NCBI GenBank assembly: GCA_051745305.1
Contig: JBNJDY010000004.1
Coordinates: 1 to 58,800, forward strand
Direction: 5' to 3'
Origin: Thermoplasmatota archaeon
GTDB lineage: Archaea > Thermoplasmatota > Thermoplasmata > Halarchaeoplasmatales > Halarchaeoplasmataceae
DNA: 58,800 nt
Shown one piece after another: positions 1 to 9,302 of this stretch (position 1 is its first letter; every line of letters begins with the position of its first letter). The notes beneath the pieces are model-generated. The model saw only the letters and a program-made list of their open reading frames with translations. It searched no databases and was not told the DNA's origin. The translations under genes and the position numbers were made by a program.

Positions 1-78
1 CTTAAACCACTAATTTTAAATAATGCTTAACTGTTATAAATTCATATTTGAATCTGGTTGATAACCGGAGGGCTATAC

Positions 79-693
79 ATGGCTGAGGAAACAGAAGAAG
101 AAGTATTGGATGAAGAAGAATGGGAAGATGAAGAATCAGATGAAGAAGAATGGGAAGATGAAGAATATGAACTAGAAAGTGAAGAAAGTGGTTTTAATTT
201 ATCATTCATTCCGCTAATATTGGGAATACTGATAACACTTGGAACAGTTGCAATTAAATTTTCGGGACTGGATCCGTTTATGGGAATTGAAAACCCATCC
301 GGAGTTTATGGATATTTATTCTTGTCAGGTGTTGCGGTGGGAATAATAATTTTCGTTATTGGCATCGCCATGTCAGTAATGTCTAAAAAAGAGGTAACCT
401 ACGAAGTTGGTGAAGAAGAAGTTGAGTTAATTGAAGAAGAGGAGGAAGAAGTAGAGGAAGGGATATGCCCGACATGTGGTGCAGTGATCCCCATCGACTC
501 CGAGGAATGTCCTGAATGTGGCGAAGAATTAGCTCCACCTGATGAGGAAGAAGCAGAAGTCGAGGAAGTCAAAGAATGTCCGATATGTGGAGCAGAAGTT
601 TCTGCAGATTCCGAAGAGTGCCCAGAATGCGGTGAACCATTAACCGACGAAGAAGAAGAGGATGACCTCTTTGCAGATCTCGAAGATATCTAA
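79..693 (+). CDS. Highly acidic membrane protein with two TM helices and two C-terminal double zinc ribbons
   Basis: GGAGGG RBS before ATG 79; Glu-rich N-terminus, two hydrophobic helices, then CPTCG..CPECG and CPICG..CPECG motifs. Confidence 0.85.
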   Translation: MAEETEEEVLDEEEWEDEESDEEEWEDEEYELESEESGFNLSFIPLILGILITLGTVAIKFSGLDPFMGIENPSGVYGYLFLSGVAVGIIIFVIGIAMSVMSKKEVTYEVGEEEVELIEEEEEEVEEGICPTCGAVIPIDSEECPECGEELAPPDEEEAEVEEVKECPICGAEVSADSEECPECGEPLTDEEEEDDLFADLEDI

Positions 694-1328
694 TCTAAAA
701 ACCCTTTTATTTTTTTCAGTATTAATTTTATCTTTTTTAATATCAATTCATAAATATCTTGAATCAGTTTATACACTTCTTTTACAAAAACAAAACTCTT
801 TTTGAAGTACATAACAGAAGCTACCATTAAAGTAATGAAGAGAGCTACAGAAACATTATCCATTGTGGGATATCTTTGAGTAGTTTCAGCAGCGCCAAGT
901 CCCTCACCTACAGCTACGGTTTTTTGTGCCTCAAAAGTGTTTACTATTATACTAAAGTCAGGTATCGGTATAGGTCCGACAAAATCTTGAATATATAATG
1001 AAACTTCCACGTCATAAAAAGTAGTTAGTACGGGGTAAAATAATGCAATCCCTTCGGTAAGGTCTATTATGAGGTGAGAAATTATAAAAAATAATGCAAT
1101 CCATGCATAATTAAACCATTCTTTTTTATATTTGTAGATAAAGATGGTCCATATAAGCGGAAGTAAAAAGGCTATCAATAAATTATGGAATAGAAATCTA
1201 TGATATCCAAAAAAAACATCAAGATCCAAGATAACTACAAAGGGCAACATTAGCAGGATTTTACGGGTATCTACCCTAAGAGCTAGAAGGATCAGTAGCG
1301 GTATCGTAATATGAGCAAATAAATCCAT
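690..1328 (-). CDS. Membrane-bound metal-dependent hydrolase (YdjM-like)
   Basis: N-terminal H, DLD, HRxxFH and SHLxxD motifs within a hydrophobic protein. Confidence 0.75.
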   Translation of the reverse strand: MDLFAHITIPLLILLALRVDTRKILLMLPFVVILDLDVFFGYHRFLFHNLLIAFLLPLIWTIFIYKYKKEWFNYAWIALFFIISHLIIDLTEGIALFYPVLTTFYDVEVSLYIQDFVGPIPIPDFSIIVNTFEAQKTVAVGEGLGAAETTQRYPTMDNVSVALFITLMVASVMYFKKSFVFVKEVYKLIQDIYELILKKIKLILKKIKGFLD

Positions 1329-1376
1329 TTATCTAACAACTATAATCACATTCTATAAAAAAATTTAGCAGACCGT

Positions 1377-2492
1377 TTAACTAATGAATTCTTTTATTGT
1401 TTCTTCGTATTTCTTAGAAATGACTTTCCAATCATATTTTTGGATAACGTCTAGGTCAACTTTTTTATAAAGTGCTTTATGAAGCTCACCAAAAAATTCT
1501 TCTTCAGAACTGTACTTAAAAACACCTTGTTTTGGTCCAAAACGGTCTTCAATTTCAGGCATATTTGAACTAAGAACGGGTACTTCACATGCGAGATAAG
1601 TAAGAACTTTACTACCCATTGTCATCTTATTCATGAGAAAATCCTTCCTTGGATTCAAACCTATATCCATTGCAGATATATACTCTGCAAGATTCTTGTA
1701 AGGTATCCTTCCTAAAAAGATGATGGATTTCGTAAGACCCATATCCTTTACTTTACTTTTCAACTTCTCTGAATACTTCGTGTGCAGTCCGGGTCCAATT
1801 ATCAAAAGTTTTGCTTTTGAATACCTTTTCTTAATCTTAGGGAACATATCGATGATCCACTCTAAATTCACCCACCTTTCTAACGAGCCAACATAACCGA
1901 GAACTGGATGACTTAGATTGTAATTCCTATTGATCTTACTCGGATCACTATGAGATATGATGTCCATATCGACTCCATTAGGTATCACTTTGATAGGGCA
2001 ATCTGTGATATTTTTCAGATAGTTTTTAAAAGATTCAGTGGGAGTGATAATCCCATCTGATTTCTTAATATTAAAAAATGATAACCATTCCGCTGACTTT
2101 CTTGCTAATGAATCTAGAGGTTCTGAATAATACATCGAAGCACTTCCAGGTAGATAATCTAAATAATCAAAAATCACGGGAGTTTCACTAAAATTTACGA
2201 AAAATCCAGGTATTAAATTGGTGGATATTACTGCGTCGTAATCCTCAACTAGAGATGATATCTTATCTCCATGATAAAATACATTCTTTATGTAATAACT
2301 GCCTATATTCTCTTCAACTCTTTTATCCATTGGAATAAGATTACATTTTGTTTTCCTTTTTTTCTTATTGAATAATTTAAAATGACATACATCCACTTCA
2401 TTATTTTGAGCAATATTATCGAAGACGAAATTCAAGCGATTAGGAACTGGGTGCCCAGTCCAATCTGTAGTTGGTATCACGAGTAATTTCAT
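1377..2492 (-). CDS. Glycosyltransferase family 4 (GT-B)
   Basis: VIPNGVD, GYVGSL, F-LGRIPY and K-LTYLACEVPV motifs. Confidence 0.9.
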   Translation of the reverse strand: MKLLVIPTTDWTGHPVPNRLNFVFDNIAQNNEVDVCHFKLFNKKKRKTKCNLIPMDKRVEENIGSYYIKNVFYHGDKISSLVEDYDAVISTNLIPGFFVNFSETPVIFDYLDYLPGSASMYYSEPLDSLARKSAEWLSFFNIKKSDGIITPTESFKNYLKNITDCPIKVIPNGVDMDIISHSDPSKINRNYNLSHPVLGYVGSLERWVNLEWIIDMFPKIKKRYSKAKLLIIGPGLHTKYSEKLKSKVKDMGLTKSIIFLGRIPYKNLAEYISAMDIGLNPRKDFLMNKMTMGSKVLTYLACEVPVLSSNMPEIEDRFGPKQGVFKYSSEEEFFGELHKALYKKVDLDVIQKYDWKVISKKYEETIKEFIS

Positions 2493-2509
2493 CTTATTAC
2501 CTTTCCCTT

Positions 2510-3259
2510 TTAATTTTCAATAATATATTTATCTAGGTCCCGGCTTATAATAGTTTTTATTCCTGTATCCCCCTCTATTTTTTGCCTAGTCTTCTCAATA
2601 TTTTCTAAAACTTGAGGATAGAAATGTGTTAATACCAATCGTTCGACATTATTTTCAGATAATATATCGATTAGCCCTTCTGGATGAGTATGCAGGCTGG
2701 TTTCCATAGGTAGAGAAAGCTCATGAATTAAAAGCTTCGTATCCTTCAATATTCCTTTCAAATTAGGGTTCGGCGCAGTGTCTCCTGTGTAGATTATATC
2801 CCCATCATCTATTTTATAGCCCTGACTTTCCTGGAGGTGGGGAGTATCGAATGCTTCGATGATAAAATCCCCAAATGTACTTTTTTCACCCGGGGCTAAT
2901 GTTTGTATATCAAGATCAGTCCTTTCAAACTCACCCACACTTATCCAAACGTCTGGAAGTTCATCTACCAAATCAGGGGGACAAACGATAGTAAATTTAG
3001 CTTCATCTGTTCTTAACCATGAGGCTTTTGTAAGGGATGGTAGGTCCTGAATATGATCTAAATGACCATGAGTTAAAAAGATATAATCAATTTCTTCAGC
3101 ATTCACACCATATTCTTTTAACCTCAAAGGCACAGCCATACCACAATCGAAGAGGATCTTAGTATCGGAACTTTCCAAAAGTATTCCTGATTGAGCTCTA
3201 CCTTCGATAGGAATTCCACCACTAGTACCAAGTATAGTCACTTTTGATTGCTTTGACAT
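2510..3259 (-). CDS. MBL-fold metallo-hydrolase, RNase Z-like
   Basis: ILGTSGG, DCG, THGHLDH, YTGDT, LIHE and LTHFYP motifs. Confidence 0.85.
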   Translation of the reverse strand: MSKQSKVTILGTSGGIPIEGRAQSGILLESSDTKILFDCGMAVPLRLKEYGVNAEEIDYIFLTHGHLDHIQDLPSLTKASWLRTDEAKFTIVCPPDLVDELPDVWISVGEFERTDLDIQTLAPGEKSTFGDFIIEAFDTPHLQESQGYKIDDGDIIYTGDTAPNPNLKGILKDTKLLIHELSLPMETSLHTHPEGLIDILSENNVERLVLTHFYPQVLENIEKTRQKIEGDTGIKTIISRDLDKYIIEN

Positions 3260-3319
3260 ATCATCATGTAGATATTAAAGCATATATAATTGATTTTTGA
3301 AGTAATTTCAAAAATTTCA

Positions 3320-4285
3320 CTAGTAGTTTTCCAAGAACCATGCGATCGTTTCTTCTAGTCCCTCTTCTAATTCTACTTTAGGCTCATAATCTAAAATTTC
3401 TTTAGCTTTTGAGATATCAGCATAATTCCGGTAAATCTCTCCGGATCTTGCCTCTCCGTATTTCGGTTCAGGTGCTTCGAAATCCATGTTATTCATCTTA
3501 CTTTTGATAGATTCATAGAGTTCGTTTACACTAGTTTCTTCTCCAGTTCCAACTTGGATAAGTTCAAAATTGTTAGGTAACTCTTTTATTATCGCCTTAT
3601 ATAAAGCCTGAGAGATATCTTTAGTATGGATAAAGTCTCTGGTCTGTCCTCCATCTCCGAAGATAACAGGTCTTGCCCCATCGATGATCTGTTTAATGAA
3701 TTTCGCAATCACACTTCCTTTATGCCATGAATTTGGACCATAAACATTTGAAAACCTCAAGGCAACAGTGTTCAATCCATGACATACTGCAAAGGCGCTA
3801 CAATATCCCTCGCACGCCAATTTACTTACACCATATGGGGACATTGGTTGAGGTACCTTGTTTTCATCGATGGGCATTGTCTGTTCGCCAAGTGGTGCTG
3901 CAGATGATGCTACAATGAACCGTTCTATTTTGTTTTTCACAGCTTCCTGAAGAAGTTTGATCGTTCCTATTATATTGATATCTGCATCTTCTAGAGGTAA
4001 CTCAATAGAAGGGACCACACCTGTCTGAGCAGCTAAATGAATCACGTAATCACAATCGTCCATAGATCGTACAATATCCTTCTCTTCTCTTATATCCCCT
4101 TCAAAGAACGCTACCCTGTTTTCGTCATAATTGTCAATACTTTTTAGATACTTGATTTTTCCCTCTGATAGATTGTCTAAAACATTGATTTTCCAATCAG
4201 TATTTACCAAGAGATAATCTATAAGATTCGTTCCAACAAATCCACATCCTCCAGTTACTAAAACTCTTTTCATATTAATCTTCAC
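3320..4285 (-). CDS. NAD-dependent nucleotide-sugar epimerase/dehydratase (GalE-like)
   Basis: TGGCGFVG Rossmann motif, YGVSK catalytic motif, NVYGP, GDGGQTRDFIH. Confidence 0.9.
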   Translation of the reverse strand: MKINMKRVLVTGGCGFVGTNLIDYLLVNTDWKINVLDNLSEGKIKYLKSIDNYDENRVAFFEGDIREEKDIVRSMDDCDYVIHLAAQTGVVPSIELPLEDADINIIGTIKLLQEAVKNKIERFIVASSAAPLGEQTMPIDENKVPQPMSPYGVSKLACEGYCSAFAVCHGLNTVALRFSNVYGPNSWHKGSVIAKFIKQIIDGARPVIFGDGGQTRDFIHTKDISQALYKAIIKELPNNFELIQVGTGEETSVNELYESIKSKMNNMDFEAPEPKYGEARSGEIYRNYADISKAKEILDYEPKVELEEGLEETIAWFLENY

Positions 4286-5172
4286 ATCTCAATTTTTCCT
4301 TCTTTGATAAGCTGTTCAAGGGTTTTATCCTCTTTTTCTTTTAATTTCTCTTTGTCTTCTAGTTCCCTTTTCACTTGTAGATTTTGTTCCATAAGTTTCT
4401 TTTGTTTTTGTCGATAATTTTTCCGCCGTTTCTTTTTAAGGCCGATCACCTCGCTTTTCATCTCCATAGCTCTTTCATGGTAATGATCAGCTCTCTTTTT
4501 GATCTCAATGAACTCATCGTGCATTTCGTCTGCTTCGTCCATATATTTCTGCATTTCATTATATAATTCATCGACTTGGTCGTGATATTTTTGAGATTCT
4601 TCAGAATACTCGACTACTTGTTGATGTTCTGCATCAGCCTTCTCGAAAAGTTCATCAATTTTTTCATCTAGACCTTCGATCTCACCGATCAACTTTTTCT
4701 GTTCGTCTAAAATTCCTTTCTTTTCATCTAATTCTTTTCGTTTATCTCTGATATTATCGATGAGTTCTTTTTCATCTTCGAGTGAGAGTGGTGTCGTTTC
4801 TTGTTTAAGTTCCATAGATTTAATTTCAGCTTCTAATTCATTTACCTTTTGAGGTAGATTATTAACGATCTTGTCCCTTTTATCTCGTTTGAATTGAACT
4901 AATTCTTTAGCCTTCTTCTGGTATTCATTCCTTTTTTGTTTGTGATCCTTTGCTTTCTTCACCAGTTTATCTCTCATGGCTTTATTCTTATCGAGTTCTT
5001 TCTGTACTTCTTTACGTTCTTCGTGGATTTTATCTCTCTCTTCACGGTAGAATTTTGCTTCATCATTCAGTTCGTTCCTCTGTTGAACTAACCTATTGTA
5101 TTTCTTTTCAGCATCCCTAATCTCTTTAGTTTCTACCTCTTCAACATCGTCGTCTTCGGTTTCATCTACCAT
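4282..5172 (-). CDS. Archaeal coiled-coil protein (COG1340-like)
   Basis: Continuous charged heptads; ETTPLSLEDEKELI and ADxxH motifs typical of this family. Confidence 0.8.
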   Translation of the reverse strand: MVDETEDDDVEEVETKEIRDAEKKYNRLVQQRNELNDEAKFYREERDKIHEERKEVQKELDKNKAMRDKLVKKAKDHKQKRNEYQKKAKELVQFKRDKRDKIVNNLPQKVNELEAEIKSMELKQETTPLSLEDEKELIDNIRDKRKELDEKKGILDEQKKLIGEIEGLDEKIDELFEKADAEHQQVVEYSEESQKYHDQVDELYNEMQKYMDEADEMHDEFIEIKKRADHYHERAMEMKSEVIGLKKKRRKNYRQKQKKLMEQNLQVKRELEDKEKLKEKEDKTLEQLIKEGKIEM

Positions 5173-5229
5173 CTGTTCTCAACTCTCTTAGTTTCAATAC
5201 CATAATAAGGTTTTCGAATGTTTTTCTCA

Positions 5230-5769
5230 TTATTTATTATATTCAACACTAATATATTCAAAACCTTTTTTGACAGCTTTAATGTTCAAATCCTTATATT
5301 TTTCAGGGAAATCCGATTCGATAGTTTCAATAAGTGAGTCTAAGTCTATATCTTCACATATTTTAGCTAAAGCACCTAAAAGGATGATGTTGGCAGTTTT
5401 TGAATTTCCGATATCTTCTGCTATTTTACCAGCTGGGACCTCATAAACTTTACCTTGGGTTTTGTTAATTTCATGCACCCTAGTGGAATCCACGATCAGG
5501 TGTTCACATCCCTCAACTTTATCTTTCCAGGCATCTAATGTCTTTTGATAGAGTATCACCAAATAATTAGGGATATCTACTATCAGTTCGTCTATTTCTT
5601 TTTTATCTGCGATTATATCTGAATAAGCGATCCCACTCCGAACCGCTGCTGAATATGATCGTTTTTGAACAACATCGTAATCCTGTCCAAGGGCCAATGA
5701 CTTCCCCAGTATAGTTCCAGCTAAAACCGTTCCTTGACCTGCCCATCCACCTATCCTAATCGTCAGCAT
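5230..5769 (-). CDS. korC: 2-oxoacid:ferredoxin oxidoreductase gamma subunit
   Basis: IRIGGWAGQG, SYSAAVRSG and NIILLGA motifs; operon context. Confidence 0.9.
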   Translation of the reverse strand: MLTIRIGGWAGQGTVLAGTILGKSLALGQDYDVVQKRSYSAAVRSGIAYSDIIADKKEIDELIVDIPNYLVILYQKTLDAWKDKVEGCEHLIVDSTRVHEINKTQGKVYEVPAGKIAEDIGNSKTANIILLGALAKICEDIDLDSLIETIESDFPEKYKDLNIKAVKKGFEYISVEYNK

Positions 5770-6563
5770 ATCGGTTCACCGCCCTGTTCTATGATCTGTT
5801 TATATATCTCCTCGGTAAGTTCAGGTCTCTCTACGTAATGTATTTCACCTACATAGATCCCTTCACCATCTTTCTGTTTAGTAGTGTTATCTTTATACCA
5901 TTCTAACATATCTATTCCTGACAATCCTTCTTTCTTACCCGTTCTTGTAGGACATTGACTAAGTATCTCTATAAATGAGAACCCCTTAGTATCCATTGCC
6001 TTTTCGATTTCCTTAATCAATCCGTTCATATGGTAAGTCGTCCATCTTGCAACATGACTAGCACCAGCATGTTTGACCACGTTACAAATATCGATACCCT
6101 GGGATGGATTTCCATAAGGTGTTGTTAAAGTTCTTTCTCCATGTTCTGTAGTAGGTGCAACCTGTCCACCAGTCATGGCATAAAGTCCATTATTTATCAT
6201 CAAAACATTCAAGTCTATATTATTACGTGCTGCGTGGAGCAGATGATTTCCACCGATTCCTGCACAATCACCATCTCCAGAAACCACCATCACCTCGAGG
6301 TCTTTGTTTCCGATTTTCAAACCAGTAGCATGAGGGATGGCCCTTCCGTGGGTAGTATGCAATGTATCTACTTTCCAGTATGGAGAAGGTATCCATGCAG
6401 CACATCCAATACCACTTACTGCTACCACTTTTTTTCTATCGATACCACTTTTTTCAACTGCTCTAGACATGGCATTTAATACCATCCCGTCCCCGCATCC
6501 GGGACAAAACGCTGAAGGGTAATTTCTGATGTAGTTTTCTCTGATATCTTTAGCATGGATCAT
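5763..6563 (-). CDS. korB: 2-oxoacid:ferredoxin oxidoreductase beta subunit
   Basis: FCPGCG, SGIGC, HGRA, GDGD TPP motif, YAMTGGQ, SQCP. Confidence 0.93.
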   Translation of the reverse strand: MIHAKDIRENYIRNYPSAFCPGCGDGMVLNAMSRAVEKSGIDRKKVVAVSGIGCAAWIPSPYWKVDTLHTTHGRAIPHATGLKIGNKDLEVMVVSGDGDCAGIGGNHLLHAARNNIDLNVLMINNGLYAMTGGQVAPTTEHGERTLTTPYGNPSQGIDICNVVKHAGASHVARWTTYHMNGLIKEIEKAMDTKGFSFIEILSQCPTRTGKKEGLSGIDMLEWYKDNTTKQKDGEGIYVGEIHYVERPELTEEIYKQIIEQGGEPIC

Positions 6564-7684
6564 TCCATCACCTCCATGATTTTATCATAAACTTGATTTA
6601 TACTAGGTAACGAATTCAATCTATCGTAAACATTCAAGTTATCTCCACCAACGCATCTCCCAACTTCCATTCTATAACCTCTCAGAGAAAGTTCGACTAA
6701 TAGAACATCTGAATTCTTGCCGATCTCTTTCATTCTTTCATCTGGACTGGGCCACATAACTTTAGGTCTAAAGAACCCGACTTTATAGCCATCTTCCCTA
6801 GCTTTTTTTACAGCACCTTTTACAGGCCTCGACATCGAACCATATGAAACTACCACTAAATCAGCGTCTTCACAGTGCATTTCTTCCCAATCTTCAATAT
6901 CTTTCCTGTTTTCATTTATCTTTGCTGTTAATCGCCTAACTAAGTTTTCCTGAGCTTCATAAGTAGCTGTATCTCTTGTTCCGTCACCTAAATGGGTTGA
7001 ACCGGTAACCATCAATTCATAACCTTCTCCAAAAGAAGGCATAGGAGGAACATGATCTTCTTCGCTCGTATCAAAAAACTCGGTATCACCTTTTTTTGGT
7101 TTTTTCCTTTCTATTATATCAATATCTTCAGGTATGGTAAATTTTTCTCTCATATGTCCTACCCCAGCATCTGCAAGTAATATCACAGGTGTACGGTATC
7201 TTTCAGCTAGATTGAATGCTTTAACCGTGAAATCGAACATTTCCTGAACCGAGTTTGGACTCAAGGCTATTATTTCATAGTCTCCATGGCTGCCAAACCT
7301 AGCCTGCATCACATCTCCCGTACCCGGTTTGGTAGCTTGCCCAGTAGAAGGTCCAGCTCTTTGAACGTTTACCAAAACACATGGTGTTTCAGTCATAACT
7401 GCGTAACCTAGATTCTCCTGCATCAATGAAAATCCTGGCCCACTAGTCGCAGTCATACTTTTTAACCCACTCCATGAGGCTCCGGTTATGACCGCCATAC
7501 TTGCGATCTCATCTTCCATCTGTATAAACCGTCCTCCTGTTTTAGGGAGTTCTTTAGCTAGATGATTCATCACTTCAGAAGCCGGTGTGATTGGATACCC
7601 TGCGTAAAGACCAAGTCCCGCTTTCATAGCCCCTTCTGCACAAGCCTCATTTCCTTCCATAAAATAAGTACCGGGTTGTTTCAT
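6560..7684 (-). CDS. korA: 2-oxoacid:ferredoxin oxidoreductase alpha subunit
   Basis: GNEA, GYPITP, QMEDE, TSGPG and RAGPSTG motifs. Confidence 0.93.
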   Translation of the reverse strand: MKQPGTYFMEGNEACAEGAMKAGLGLYAGYPITPASEVMNHLAKELPKTGGRFIQMEDEIASMAVITGASWSGLKSMTATSGPGFSLMQENLGYAVMTETPCVLVNVQRAGPSTGQATKPGTGDVMQARFGSHGDYEIIALSPNSVQEMFDFTVKAFNLAERYRTPVILLADAGVGHMREKFTIPEDIDIIERKKPKKGDTEFFDTSEEDHVPPMPSFGEGYELMVTGSTHLGDGTRDTATYEAQENLVRRLTAKINENRKDIEDWEEMHCEDADLVVVSYGSMSRPVKGAVKKAREDGYKVGFFRPKVMWPSPDERMKEIGKNSDVLLVELSLRGYRMEVGRCVGGDNLNVYDRLNSLPSINQVYDKIMEVME

Positions 7685-7908
7685 TCTTTTTCCTCCTCAG
7701 TTTCTACAGAAATAGCAAAGTCGGGACAATAAAGTTCACATCTCCTGCATTCAATACAAGAGTCAAGGTCCTTTACTTCAGCATAATGATTACCATATTG
7801 GTTTAGTTCATCAGATTCGCCAAGAACATCTTTGGGACAAAAACGGATACATATACCACACCCAGTGCACAGCTCTCGGTCGATGGTTATTTTTAAATTT
7901 TTAGCCAT
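7681..7908 (-). CDS. korD: 2-oxoacid:ferredoxin oxidoreductase delta subunit (2x[4Fe-4S] ferredoxin)
   Basis: Two CxxCxxCxxxCP motifs; start trimmed to ATG 7908 (MAKNLK). Confidence 0.9.
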   Translation of the reverse strand: MAKNLKITIDRELCTGCGICIRFCPKDVLGESDELNQYGNHYAEVKDLDSCIECRRCELYCPDFAISVETEEEKE

Positions 7909-7983
7909 GGTATCGATTTGTTCCGAAATCACTCTATAATATAAAGGTTTGGAATCGTATTGAATATTTAAAAACACCCATTC

Positions 7984-9234
7984 TTAATCGATAGGTGGCC
8001 AAGATCCTCTATCATTTCTTTTTTCTACTTTTTTATTAGATGTGTCTATATTGACTTCACTTTTATTACCACATCTTTTACATTCGAGTTTACCGCCCTC
8101 TGTATAAACCGCCTTATTGTTCCCGCATTGAGGACAGACATAAGCAGTACTTAATCCTGGAACTACAATACTAGGTTGTTCTTCCCTCTTTGCTTTTACA
8201 GGCTCTTCTTTCTTTTTTCCCTTTAACCATCTTATTCCAAGTTTTGAATAATAGTATGCATAGTAGGCACCAGCGGCCATCCAAAGGAGTAATAAAAGTC
8301 CAAAGTAGACTTCCATGTACTCTATATTAAATACCCTCATTGGAACTGAGAGGAAATCCCAGATAAAGTGGAGCAGTATAGCTGAATGAAGTCCATCCTT
8401 AGCATAAAGATATCCAAAAGCAAGTCCTGCTACGAAGGTTGGAGGTAATTTATATAGATCCCAACCACCGAGATGGGCTATTGCAAAGACCGTTGAAGAT
8501 AATAATATAGGGATTATTACGAACCTTTCTTTTAGTCCAAAACCCCCATATAAGTACCTCCAATCCCATTTACGCTTTTTACTATAAATGTAAAAGAACA
8601 TGGGTAGGCCCATGAAAACACATCTCACTAACAACTCCTCCCATACCGCAGCTCTAGTCATTAGATAGATGATCTGCCAAAGTGGAAATTGATCAAGGCC
8701 CGGTGCATCCGGTGAAATTCCAATACCCTCTAGCATCATATAATATCCATAGCTGAAAAACAATAATGCCATAAAAATGTAAGAAAGCCTAGGTATTGGA
8801 CTATCGATTTTATTTGTTTTCTTACCCGTTGAACTTATGGTATTTTTAAGATATATAATAAAATCTTCTATACTCAGGTAAAATATCAAAATGTATGAGA
8901 TCAGAACAAAAAATGCGAGAATAAAGAAATATAATACAAAAGAGATTCCAGTAATTTCTGTTATACCTACAGGTTCTAATAAAACTACATATAATATGGT
9001 TTCAGCGTGTACCAAGTATTGAGGGATCCATTCAAGGCTCCAGATCAATATGGATGTGTTCAATACTAAATATCCGAGAAATAAAAACAATGCAAATACG
9101 GAGAATATGTTTATAACTTTTTTAAGAATATCCTTAAAATTATCGCTATCGTTTTCTCTAGATGACTCGAATTTGTATCCGCATGTGGGGCAGTATTCCC
9201 CTTCTGTTTCTCTACCGCAGTGTGGACATTTCAT
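7984..9234 (-). CDS. CPBP (CAAX/Abi) family intramembrane metalloprotease with terminal zinc ribbons
   Basis: WEELLVR, FAIAH and HFIWD motifs; CxxC pairs at both termini. Confidence 0.88.
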   Translation of the reverse strand: MKCPHCGRETEGEYCPTCGYKFESSRENDSDNFKDILKKVINIFSVFALFLFLGYLVLNTSILIWSLEWIPQYLVHAETILYVVLLEPVGITEITGISFVLYFFILAFFVLISYILIFYLSIEDFIIYLKNTISSTGKKTNKIDSPIPRLSYIFMALLFFSYGYYMMLEGIGISPDAPGLDQFPLWQIIYLMTRAAVWEELLVRCVFMGLPMFFYIYSKKRKWDWRYLYGGFGLKERFVIIPILLSSTVFAIAHLGGWDLYKLPPTFVAGLAFGYLYAKDGLHSAILLHFIWDFLSVPMRVFNIEYMEVYFGLLLLLWMAAGAYYAYYYSKLGIRWLKGKKKEEPVKAKREEQPSIVVPGLSTAYVCPQCGNNKAVYTEGGKLECKRCGNKSEVNIDTSNKKVEKRNDRGSWPPID

Positions 9235-9302
9235 TGAAAAACCAATTTGTGGTCATGTATTAAACTTTTTACCCAAAAATAAAAAAATTGATAGAAGGAG
9301 TT

